NCBI GenBank assembly: GCA_051746725.1
Contig: JBNJFI010000020.1
Coordinates: forward strand, 1-27,915
Source: Fusobacteriota bacterium
Lineage (GTDB): Bacteria; Fusobacteriota; Fusobacteriia; Fusobacteriales; JBNJFI01
DNA: 27,915 nt
Direction: 5' to 3'
Shown here: positions 1-6,681 of the stretch, piece by piece
Position numbering within the stretch: position 1 is the first letter of the stretch
Layout of the letters: each line of letters opens with the position of its first letter
Notes under the pieces: model-generated
The model's database searches: none
What the model was told of the DNA's origin: nothing
Seen by the model: only the letters and a program-made list of their open reading frames with translations
Program-made: the position numbers and the translations under genes

Positions 1-45
1 CATAAAGCAAATAAAATTAGGGCATAAGAGTTTAACAATTACCTA
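1..45 (+). mobile_element. Right end of a second copy of the MITE-like element (truncated by the window start)
   Basis: 2-45 aligns ungapped with 5169-5212 at 37/44 identities. 29-45 read on the minus strand (TAGGTAATTGTTAAACT) matches the left terminal repeat at 4949-4965 at 14/17. Confidence 0.7.
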
Positions 46-73
46 AATTAGCTAAAAAATAAGGAGGTTTAAA

Positions 74-256
74 ATGGGAAGATTTATAATTCCATTGGGA
101 ATTGCAACGTTAACTTTTTTGATAATAACTATAGTTTTAGGAATGTTTCCAATAATTAAACCTAGGTGGAGAGTGAAGGTTCATAAAATAACAGGAATAA
201 TTACTCTAATATTGGCGCTTTTACATGCTGGCATAGTGGTATACTTATATTTGTAA
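74..256 (+). CDS. Small 2-TM membrane protein with His37/His51 (possible heme-b ligands)
   Basis: RBS AAGGAGG upstream; two hydrophobic helices; VHKITG...LLHAG resembles the His-x13-His helix of ferric-reductase/MsrQ-type cytochrome b domains. Confidence 0.75.
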   Translation: MGRFIIPLGIATLTFLIITIVLGMFPIIKPRWRVKVHKITGIITLILALLHAGIVVYLYL

Positions 257-275
257 TTTAATTTAGGAGGTAAAA

Positions 276-611
276 ATGAAAAAATTATTATTAGTTGGAT
301 TAGTTCTTTTATCGGCTGGGATATTTGCCCATGCACCAAAGGAAATAGAGTTAAAGGTAGATACTAAAACTAAAGAGTTAGAGGTGAAAATATCTCACGG
401 AGTTCCAAATGTTACCAAACATTACGTAAATCAATTGGAAGTATTTATTAATGGAGAGAAAAAGATAATTCAAAATTCTAAAACTCAGATTAATTCGGAT
501 TATCAAATGGTAAAATATATATTGCCTGATATCAAAAAAGGGGATAAATTAGAAGTAAAGGCAGATTGTAATATTTATGGAAGCAAGAAAAAAAATATAA
601 CAATAAAATAA
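276..611 (+). CDS. Exported small beta-rich protein, superoxide-reductase (desulfoferrodoxin catalytic domain)/SoxZ-like putative metalloprotein
   Basis: RBS AGGAGG; Sec signal peptide MKK-hydrophobic-IFA; H19, H41, H49 and CNIYG echo the SOR HxP...H...HY...CNxHG pattern. The CDS is secure, the family call is tentative. Confidence 0.7.
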   Translation: MKKLLLVGLVLLSAGIFAHAPKEIELKVDTKTKELEVKISHGVPNVTKHYVNQLEVFINGEKKIIQNSKTQINSDYQMVKYILPDIKKGDKLEVKADCNIYGSKKKNITIK

Positions 612-624
612 CAGGAGGGGTAAA

Positions 625-2322
625 ATGGATCTTAATATTGTAATTGGAGGACAAGCAGGACAAGGATTAAAGACTATAACGAACATATTAACAAAGTCAT
701 TTTTTAAAATGGGTTTACATATCTATACTTCTAAGGATTATATGTCTCGTATACGTGGAGGGCATAATTTTATGAACATAAGAATTTCAGATGAAGAAGA
801 GTTATTTGGCCCAATGGTTAAAGAAGACATTTTATTAGCTCTAAATGAAGAAACAATAGAAAAACACAGTCAAAAATTAGCTGAAGATGGGGTTATATTA
901 TTTGATGGAGATCTTAAAAATGATAGATCGATATCTTTATCTGCAAAAAAGATGGCTAAAGAGGCAGGGAATCCCAAAACAGTAAATAGTGTTTTTTTAG
1001 GAGCTTTATTTAAAATACTTGGTGTTGAGACAGATGTTTTAGAAAAAGAGTTAAAAAGTTACTTTGAAAAAAAAGGTGAAGAAGTACAGAATGCAAATTA
1101 TGAAGCTATGAAAAAAGGATATGAAGCTGTAGATAAAAAGTATAATTTAAAAGTTAAATCTACTCCAGATGAAAGATTAATAATAAATGGAAATGATGCA
1201 ATAGGTTTTGGGGCAGTATCTGCAGGGGTTAAGTTCTATTCGGCTTATCCCATGACACCTGCAACAGGAGTATTAACATATCTAGCAGGAAAACAAAATG
1301 ATTTGGGAATAGTTGTAGAGCAAGCAGAAGACGAAATAGCAGCAATAAATATGGCTTTAGGGGCTTCCTATGGAGGAATTAGAGCTATGACTGGAACCTC
1401 TGGAGGTGGATATGCACTTATGAATGAAGGTGTAAGTTTAGCTGGAATAACTGAAACTCCAATAGTAATTGCTGAAGTACAAAGACCAGGTCCCGCAACA
1501 GGTTTACCAACTAGGACAGCCCAAGGAGATCTTTCGTTTGTTGTTAACTCTGGACATGGGGATTTTCCAATTATGGTGATATCTCCTAGAGATGGTGAAG
1601 ATGCTTTTTATCAGACATTTAGAGCATTTAATATAGCTGAAAAATACCAAATGCCAGTAATAATATTATCTGATAAGTTTTTAGCTGATTCTACAAAGGA
1701 TTTTAAAGATTTTGATATAGATTCACTTAAAATAGAGAACTCTTTTTTGAAAAAGGAGGATCTGGAAGAGGGTAAAGAATATAAAAGATATGAGATAACT
1801 GAAAGCGGAATATCTCCTCTGGCATATCCAGGTTTATCTGAGGATATAACTGTTATGGTGGATAGTGATGAACACGATGAAGAGGGGCATATTATAGAGG
1901 ATGCTGAGACTAGAGTTAAAATGGTGGATAAGAGATCTAGAAAGATAGAAAAATTAAAAGATGAGGAAATATTAGAGCCAGAATATATTGGAGAAGATGA
2001 TATTGATTATCTTTTAGTTTGCTTTGGATCAACTTATGGACCTTTAAGAGAAGCTAAAAACTTACTTAATGATTCTAAAGAAAAGTTTGGATTATTATCA
2101 TTTAGTGATGTATATCCTTTTCCCACAGAAAAACTTATGGAGTTACACAAAAAAGGGCCAGAAGTTATAGTTGTTGAAAATAATGGTACAGGGCAATTTG
2201 CTAAATTAATGAGAGGAGAAACAGGAATAAAAGCAGATCATATGATACTAAATTATGATGGAAGACCATTAAATGGAGTTAATATTTATAATAAAATAAA
2301 AAAAGAGGTGATCTCGAAATGA
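625..2322 (+). CDS. korA: 2-oxoacid:ferredoxin oxidoreductase subunit alpha (fused gamma-alpha type)
   Basis: GGQAGQG, SRIRGGHN, YPMTP, QAEDEIAA, TSGGG, QRPGPATGLPT and DSDEHDEEG motifs. Substrate specificity cannot be determined. Confidence 0.93.
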   Translation: MDLNIVIGGQAGQGLKTITNILTKSFFKMGLHIYTSKDYMSRIRGGHNFMNIRISDEEELFGPMVKEDILLALNEETIEKHSQKLAEDGVILFDGDLKNDRSISLSAKKMAKEAGNPKTVNSVFLGALFKILGVETDVLEKELKSYFEKKGEEVQNANYEAMKKGYEAVDKKYNLKVKSTPDERLIINGNDAIGFGAVSAGVKFYSAYPMTPATGVLTYLAGKQNDLGIVVEQAEDEIAAINMALGASYGGIRAMTGTSGGGYALMNEGVSLAGITETPIVIAEVQRPGPATGLPTRTAQGDLSFVVNSGHGDFPIMVISPRDGEDAFYQTFRAFNIAEKYQMPVIILSDKFLADSTKDFKDFDIDSLKIENSFLKKEDLEEGKEYKRYEITESGISPLAYPGLSEDITVMVDSDEHDEEGHIIEDAETRVKMVDKRSRKIEKLKDEEILEPEYIGEDDIDYLLVCFGSTYGPLREAKNLLNDSKEKFGLLSFSDVYPFPTEKLMELHKKGPEVIVVENNGTGQFAKLMRGETGIKADHMILNYDGRPLNGVNIYNKIKKEVISK

Positions 2323-3173
2323 TAAATAAAGATATATATCAAGGAGAGCAGGAAACAGCTTGGTGTCCAGGATGCGGAAATTTTCCACTTAGAAAAGCAT
2401 TAGTAGAATCTTTAGCAGAGATGGATATAAAGCCCAGTGAAACTGTTATGTTTACAGGAATAGGACAAGCAGCAAAAATGCCGCACTATATTAATATAAA
2501 TGGATTCAATGGTTTACATGGTAGAGCTCTTCCACCTTCTATTGGGATGAGAGTAGCAAATCATAAAATGAAAGTAATAGTAGAATCAGGTGATGGAGAT
2601 ACATATGGAGAGGGAGGAAATCATATATTACATAATATAAGAAGGAATCCAAATATAGCCCACTTTGTTCACGATAATCAAATTTATGGTCTAACAAAAG
2701 GGCAAGCCTCTCCTACTTCTGGTTATGAAATCAAAACAGGAGTTCAAGTAAATGGTATAACTTCAGAACCTTTTAACCCTATAAAATTTGCTGTGGCAAT
2801 GCGAGCAAGTTTTGTAGCTAGGTCTTTTGTAGGAAATAAAGAGCATTTAAAAAAGATGATTAAAGCAGCAATGGAGCACAGAGGATATGCAATAATAGAT
2901 ATATTACAGCCATGTGTATCATTTAATAAAATAAATACATACAAATGGTATAAAGATCGTGTATATGAATTAGATACTAATTATGATCCAACAGATTTTC
3001 AAGGGGCAATAAAAAAATCTGAGGAATGGGGGGATGACATTCCAATAGGAATAATATATAAAGAGGAAAAAGATATATTTTTGGATAAATTTCCTCAATT
3101 GGAAGATAAACCATTAATTGAAAAAGAATACTCAAAGAAAAAGGTGAAAGAGATAATGAATGAATTTAAATAA
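2319..3173 (+). CDS. korB: 2-oxoacid:ferredoxin oxidoreductase subunit beta (TPP-binding)
   Basis: WCPGCG, LHGRA, TPP motif GDGD...DNQIYGLTKGQASPT and QPCVSFN; ATGA overlap with the alpha gene. Confidence 0.93.
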   Translation: MINKDIYQGEQETAWCPGCGNFPLRKALVESLAEMDIKPSETVMFTGIGQAAKMPHYININGFNGLHGRALPPSIGMRVANHKMKVIVESGDGDTYGEGGNHILHNIRRNPNIAHFVHDNQIYGLTKGQASPTSGYEIKTGVQVNGITSEPFNPIKFAVAMRASFVARSFVGNKEHLKKMIKAAMEHRGYAIIDILQPCVSFNKINTYKWYKDRVYELDTNYDPTDFQGAIKKSEEWGDDIPIGIIYKEEKDIFLDKFPQLEDKPLIEKEYSKKKVKEIMNEFK

Positions 3174-3185
3174 AGGAGGCTTAAA

Positions 3186-3803
3186 GTGAAAGACTTAAAG
3201 GAGATTTTTGAAGCTAGAAGATCAGTAAACTCATTTGATACAGAGAAAAAAATAGAAAAAGGTCTTTTAAAAAAGATAATAAATCTAGCAACATTAGCTC
3301 CTTCTTGTTTTAATATGCAACCATGGGAGTTAATAGTAATAGAGTCAGAAGATAAGAAAAAAGAACTATATGATAAATCATGTAATCAACCTAAGGTATT
3401 AGATGCACCTGTAACATTAGGAATAATAGGGCATACCAAGGGTTATACAAAGAAAAATCCAATATGGAAGGTCAAAAAAGACTTAGGGAGAGCTACAGAT
3501 GAAGATATTGAAAACTATGTTAATATGATGAAAGGATTATTTCCAAATAGAGAAAGAGAAGTTGGGTTTGCAGTTAGAAATAGTTCTCTTTTAGCAATGT
3601 CTATAATGTATGCAGCAAAATATTATGGAGTGGATAGCCATGCCATGATAGGTTTTGATGAAGATGAGTTTAAGAAGTTATTTAATATAGAAGAAGATAA
3701 AGTAGTTACTATGCTAATGACATTGGGATATTTTGATAATAAAAATGAGTTATATCCAAGGGAAAAAAGGTTTAATTATGAGGAGATTGCAACAGAATAT
3801 TAG
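3186..3803 (+). CDS. Nitroreductase family flavoprotein
   Basis: GTG start after AAGGAGG; RRSVNSF, APSCFNMQPW, SHAMIGFD and LGY FMN-binding motifs. Confidence 0.9.
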   Translation: MKDLKEIFEARRSVNSFDTEKKIEKGLLKKIINLATLAPSCFNMQPWELIVIESEDKKKELYDKSCNQPKVLDAPVTLGIIGHTKGYTKKNPIWKVKKDLGRATDEDIENYVNMMKGLFPNREREVGFAVRNSSLLAMSIMYAAKYYGVDSHAMIGFDEDEFKKLFNIEEDKVVTMLMTLGYFDNKNELYPREKRFNYEEIATEY

Positions 3804-3835
3804 TAAAAGAAATTTTTGAAAAATATATATAAATA

Positions 3836-3874
3836 AAAAAGACAAATTGAGTAGATAGCTCAGTTTGTCTTTTT
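3836..3874 (+). terminator. Intrinsic terminator (symmetric A/T tails)
   Basis: AAAAAGACAAATTGAG-7 nt-CTCAGTTTGTCTTTTT hairpin with one G-U pair, downstream of the nitroreductase. Confidence 0.8.
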
Positions 3875-3887
3875 AAATTAAGATTTC

Positions 3888-3916
3888 TTGATAAAAAGGA
3901 TAAAATATAGTAAGAT
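3888..3916 (+). promoter_or_regulatory. Candidate sigma70 promoter for msrA-msrB
   Basis: TTGATA (3888-3893), 17-bp spacer, TAAGAT (3911-3916). The AT-rich background lowers specificity. Confidence 0.45.
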
Positions 3917-3955
3917 TAATTATAAAAGATTAAAAAAATACTAAAGGAGATAATA

Positions 3956-4495
3956 ATGAAGAAAAAAAATAAAAAAGCTATATTTGCTGGAGGATGTTTT
4001 TGGTGCATGGAGAATCCTTTTCGAGTGGAAAATGGTGTAATAGATGTAACAGTTGGTTATACAGGTGGAGAAACTAAAAACCCAACTTATGAAGAGGTTT
4101 GTACTGGAACTACAGGTCATTATGAAGCTATAATGGTAGAATATGATCCAGATGAAGTCACTTTTGAAAGATTAATAGATATATTTTGGAAGCAGATAGA
4201 TCCAACAGATGAAGGGGGACAATTCGCAGATAGAGGATCTCAGTATGAGACAGTTATATTTTATAAAGATAAAAATCAAGAAAAGATCGCAAAGAAGAAG
4301 AAAAAAGAGTTGGACGAATCTGGGAAGTTTAAAAAGGAGATAGCAACTAAGATACTTCCAGCAGAGATTTTTTATCCAGCTGAAGATAATCATCAAAAAT
4401 ATTATCTTAAAAATCCTACTCATTTCAATATGTATAAAAAAGGATCAGGGCGAGCAGACTATCAAAACGAAACTTGGGGAGGCAAAGATGAGTAA
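3956..4495 (+). CDS. msrA: Peptide-methionine (S)-S-oxide reductase
   Basis: [34 protein letters not shown] and FYPAE..HQ.YY motifs. Confidence 0.97.
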   Translation: MKKKNKKAIFAGGCFWCMENPFRVENGVIDVTVGYTGGETKNPTYEEVCTGTTGHYEAIMVEYDPDEVTFERLIDIFWKQIDPTDEGGQFADRGSQYETVIFYKDKNQEKIAKKKKKELDESGKFKKEIATKILPAEIFYPAEDNHQKYYLKNPTHFNMYKKGSGRADYQNETWGGKDE

Positions 4496-4922
4496 CAAAG
4501 ATGATTTAAAAAATAAATTAACTCCGATACAATATGAGGTAACTCAGAAAGATCAAACAGAACCTGCTTTTAAAAATGAATATTGGGATAAGGAAGATGA
4601 GGGAATATATGTAGATGTTGTAACAGGAGAACCTCTTTTTTCTTCTAAAGATAAGTTTCAATCTGGCTGTGGATGGCCTAGTTTTTCAAAACCTTTAAAA
4701 GAAGAAAAAGTAGAAGAAAGAAAAGATAATAGCTTAGGAATGCATAGAACAGAGGTTAGGAGCAAAAAAGGGGATTCTCATTTAGGTCATGTATTTAACG
4801 ATGGACCACAGGAGATGACCGGGCTTAGATATTGTATAAATTCAGCTTCTTTAAAATTCATACCAAAGGAAAAGATGGAAGAGGAAGGGTATGGTAAGTA
4901 TTTAGAAATCTTTGAGGAGTAA
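4488..4922 (+). CDS. msrB: Peptide-methionine (R)-S-oxide reductase
   Basis: [23 protein letters not shown] and RYCINS; no Zn-binding CxxC pairs; 8-bp overlap with msrA. Confidence 0.97.
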   Translation: MSNKDDLKNKLTPIQYEVTQKDQTEPAFKNEYWDKEDEGIYVDVVTGEPLFSSKDKFQSGCGWPSFSKPLKEEKVEERKDNSLGMHRTEVRSKKGDSHLGHVFNDGPQEMTGLRYCINSASLKFIPKEKMEEEGYGKYLEIFEE

Positions 4923-4936
4923 CATAAAGTAATAAA

Positions 4937-4948
4937 TAAAAACATAAA
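4937..4948 (+). repeat. Left target-site duplication TAAAAACATAAA
   Basis: Identical to 5213-5224; directly abuts the left terminal inverted repeat. Confidence 0.75.
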
Positions 4949-5031
4949 TAGGTAGTTGCAAAACTACAGAAAGAAACTATGAGTTTATCCACAAAGTTAT
5001 TAATAGTTTTAATCTAATTTGATTTTGTATT

Positions 5032-5058
5032 ACCCGGGCGAAGGCCCTTCGCCCTTAC
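5032..5058 (-). repeat. REP-like unit 1 (GTAA + 8-bp hairpin)
   Basis: Minus strand reads GTAA-GGGCGAAG-GGC-CTTCGCCC-GGGT; a GC-rich island in AT-rich DNA. Confidence 0.8.
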
Positions 5059-5095
5059 GTTCAGATTACATAGGGATAAGGATATAAGTTTTTCT

Positions 5096-5122
5096 GTAAG
5101 GGCAAACGGCGTTTGCCCGGGT
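5096..5122 (+). repeat. REP-like unit 2 (GTAA + 8-bp hairpin)
   Basis: GTAA-GGGCAAAC-GGC-GTTTGCCC-GGGT; 23/27 identical to unit 1, and all four differences form two compensatory base pairs. Confidence 0.8.
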
Positions 5123-5212
5123 GCAACCAGTATCTAAAATTGGAGGGATACTCTAATTTATAGAACTAATAAAGCAAATGAAATTAGGATATAAGAATTT
5201 TGCAATTAGCTA

Positions 5213-5224
5213 TAAAAACATAAA
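5213..5224 (+). repeat. Right target-site duplication TAAAAACATAAA
   Basis: Identical to 4937-4948; abuts the right terminal inverted repeat. Confidence 0.75.
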
Positions 5225-5238
5225 AAGAAGGAGAAAAA

Positions 5239-5883
5239 ATGGAAACTAAAGAAGAAATTTTAAAAATATATAATGAAATAGAAGATGATATAAATAAAAG
5301 ATTAGCTGAATTTAAGGCAGTTTGGGAAGAGGGGAGCAAAAAAGATCTCTTTATAGAGTTAACGTTTTGTATCTTAACACCTCAATCTAAAGCAAGAAGT
5401 GCAGATAAGGCCATAAAACAACTTATAGAAAATGGTTTGCTTTTTAACGGTCAACCAGAGGAGATATCTGAGTATTTAAATATCGTAAGATTTAAAAATA
5501 GAAAAGCTCAGTATTTAGTAGAAGCCAGAGAAAAATTTTATAAAGATGGCGAATATATATTAAAAGATATCTTAGAAGATTTAGAAGATCCTATTGAGAT
5601 GAGAAAATGGATTATAAAAAACATTAAGGGGATTGGTTATAAAGAATCTAGTCATTTTTTAAGAAATGTAGGATTTTATAAAGATATAGCAATTTTAGAT
5701 CGTCATATATTAAGAAATTTAGTTTACTTAGGAGTAATAGATGAAGAGCCGAAAACTTTAACAGGAAAAAAATATTTAGAAATAGAAGAAAAAATGAAAA
5801 AAGAATCAGATAAATTAGGTATCAGTATGGAGTATCTAGACTTGGTATTGTGGTATAAAGAGGCAGGAGAGATATTTAAATAA
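5239..5883 (+). CDS. ogg: 8-oxoguanine N-glycosylase/DNA lyase (Ogg2 type)
   Basis: FCILTPQS, VRF.N.KA, HhH motif KGIGYKESSHFLRNVG, ILDRHIL and the C-terminal Lys (GEIFK) typical of Ogg2. Confidence 0.9.
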   Translation: METKEEILKIYNEIEDDINKRLAEFKAVWEEGSKKDLFIELTFCILTPQSKARSADKAIKQLIENGLLFNGQPEEISEYLNIVRFKNRKAQYLVEAREKFYKDGEYILKDILEDLEDPIEMRKWIIKNIKGIGYKESSHFLRNVGFYKDIAILDRHILRNLVYLGVIDEEPKTLTGKKYLEIEEKMKKESDKLGISMEYLDLVLWYKEAGEIFK

Positions 5884-5898
5884 AATCTCTGAAAAATA

Positions 5899-5916
5899 TT
5901 TGACTAGGTAGTCAAA
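5899..5916. promoter_or_regulatory. Palindromic operator 1 (probable TetR site) overlapping the -35
   Basis: TTTGACTA-GG-TAGTCAAA, perfect 8-bp arms. Confidence 0.8.
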
Positions 5917-5928
5917 ACGTGGTATACT
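5900..5928 (+). promoter_or_regulatory. Sigma70 promoter of the tetR-efflux operon
   Basis: TTGACT (5900-5905), 17-bp spacer, TATACT (5923-5928), with extended -10 TG at 5920-5921. Confidence 0.85.
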
Positions 5929-5935
5929 CTATTTA

Positions 5936-5949
5936 TGACTAGATAGTCA
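5936..5949. promoter_or_regulatory. Palindromic operator 2 near the predicted transcription start
   Basis: TGACTA-GA-TAGTCA, same core as operator 1, 35 bp downstream. Confidence 0.8.
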
Positions 5950-5971
5950 AAATAATTTAGGAGGTGATTAT

Positions 5972-6661
5972 GTGAAAGGAAAATTACAAGATGAACTAAT
6001 AAGTAACGCTGAAATTTTATTTGCAAAGAATGGTTATATAGGGACGACGGTAAAAGATATTACTGATAAAACTGATGTTTCCAAAGGAAGCTTCTATAAT
6101 TGTTTTAAAAATAAAGAAGACATCTTATTAAAAATATTTGAAAAAAATATGATAAAATATGATTCAGGGCGAGAAATCATTTTAGAAAAAACAATGGAAA
6201 TACCTGAAAAAATAAAAGCACTCATAAGATATGAATTAAAGTTTTATATGGAAAATAAAAGCCATTATGCTTTGATATTAAGAGTGATGAGTGGAGAGAA
6301 ATTAAAAATCAAAAAAGTAGTAATGTATAATATTAATAGGCGTATATTAGAAACTAAAATAATAAAAGATTTATTAGAAAAAGCTCTAGAAAAAAGTAAA
6401 ATAAAAAAAATATATAAAAATAGGTTGGTAGATATTGCTAATATTTATAACGCAACAATAAAAGATCATATTTTTTATTTAATAGGAAAGAGTATACAAG
6501 GTCTAGAAGAAAGGACCTTAAATGAAAGTAGAGATTATGATGAAGACTTTTTTGGAAATTTTTTAAAAGCTTTAAATAATTTAGAAATAGATATAGATAA
6601 GGAAGCAGAGTTTATATTTAATATATTTTATAATGGAATTAGTAATTCAGATAAGGTATGA
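5972..6661 (+). CDS. TetR/AcrR family transcriptional regulator
   Basis: N-terminal HTH LFAKNGY.GTTVKDI...VSKGSFYNCFKNKEDIL; GTG start after AGGAGGT. Confidence 0.92.
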   Translation: MKGKLQDELISNAEILFAKNGYIGTTVKDITDKTDVSKGSFYNCFKNKEDILLKIFEKNMIKYDSGREIILEKTMEIPEKIKALIRYELKFYMENKSHYALILRVMSGEKLKIKKVVMYNINRRILETKIIKDLLEKALEKSKIKKIYKNRLVDIANIYNATIKDHIFYLIGKSIQGLEERTLNESRDYDEDFFGNFLKALNNLEIDIDKEAEFIFNIFYNGISNSDKV

Positions 6662-6681
6662 AAATCAAAAAAGGAGGAGAT

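Larger units (their letters stand above)
4949..5212. mobile_element. 264-bp non-autonomous MITE-like element
   Basis: Terminal inverted repeats TAGGTAGTTGCAAAACT (4949-4965) and AATTTTGCAATTAGCTA (5196-5212) match at 14/17; exact 12-bp flanking direct repeat; no ORF in the track; second copy end at 1-45. Confidence 0.78.

Noticed and set aside
3956..4922. Frameshifted msrA-msrB fusion or selenocysteine Msr
   Set aside because: msrB has its own RBS (GGGAGG) and ATG, and the catalytic residues are ordinary Cys codons.
4985..5005. Replication origin at the DnaA box
   Set aside because: Only one perfect box, no box cluster or dnaA/dnaN context, and it lies inside a repeat element.
5032..5122. 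Mini CRISPR array (27-bp palindromic units, 37-bp spacer)
   Set aside because: The units are inverted rather than direct, there are only two, and no cas genes are present.
5970..5975. ATG-TGA start-stop overlapping the tetR GTG start
   Set aside because: The GTG is better spaced from AGGAGGT and the overlap arises easily by chance; only ribosome profiling could support a role.
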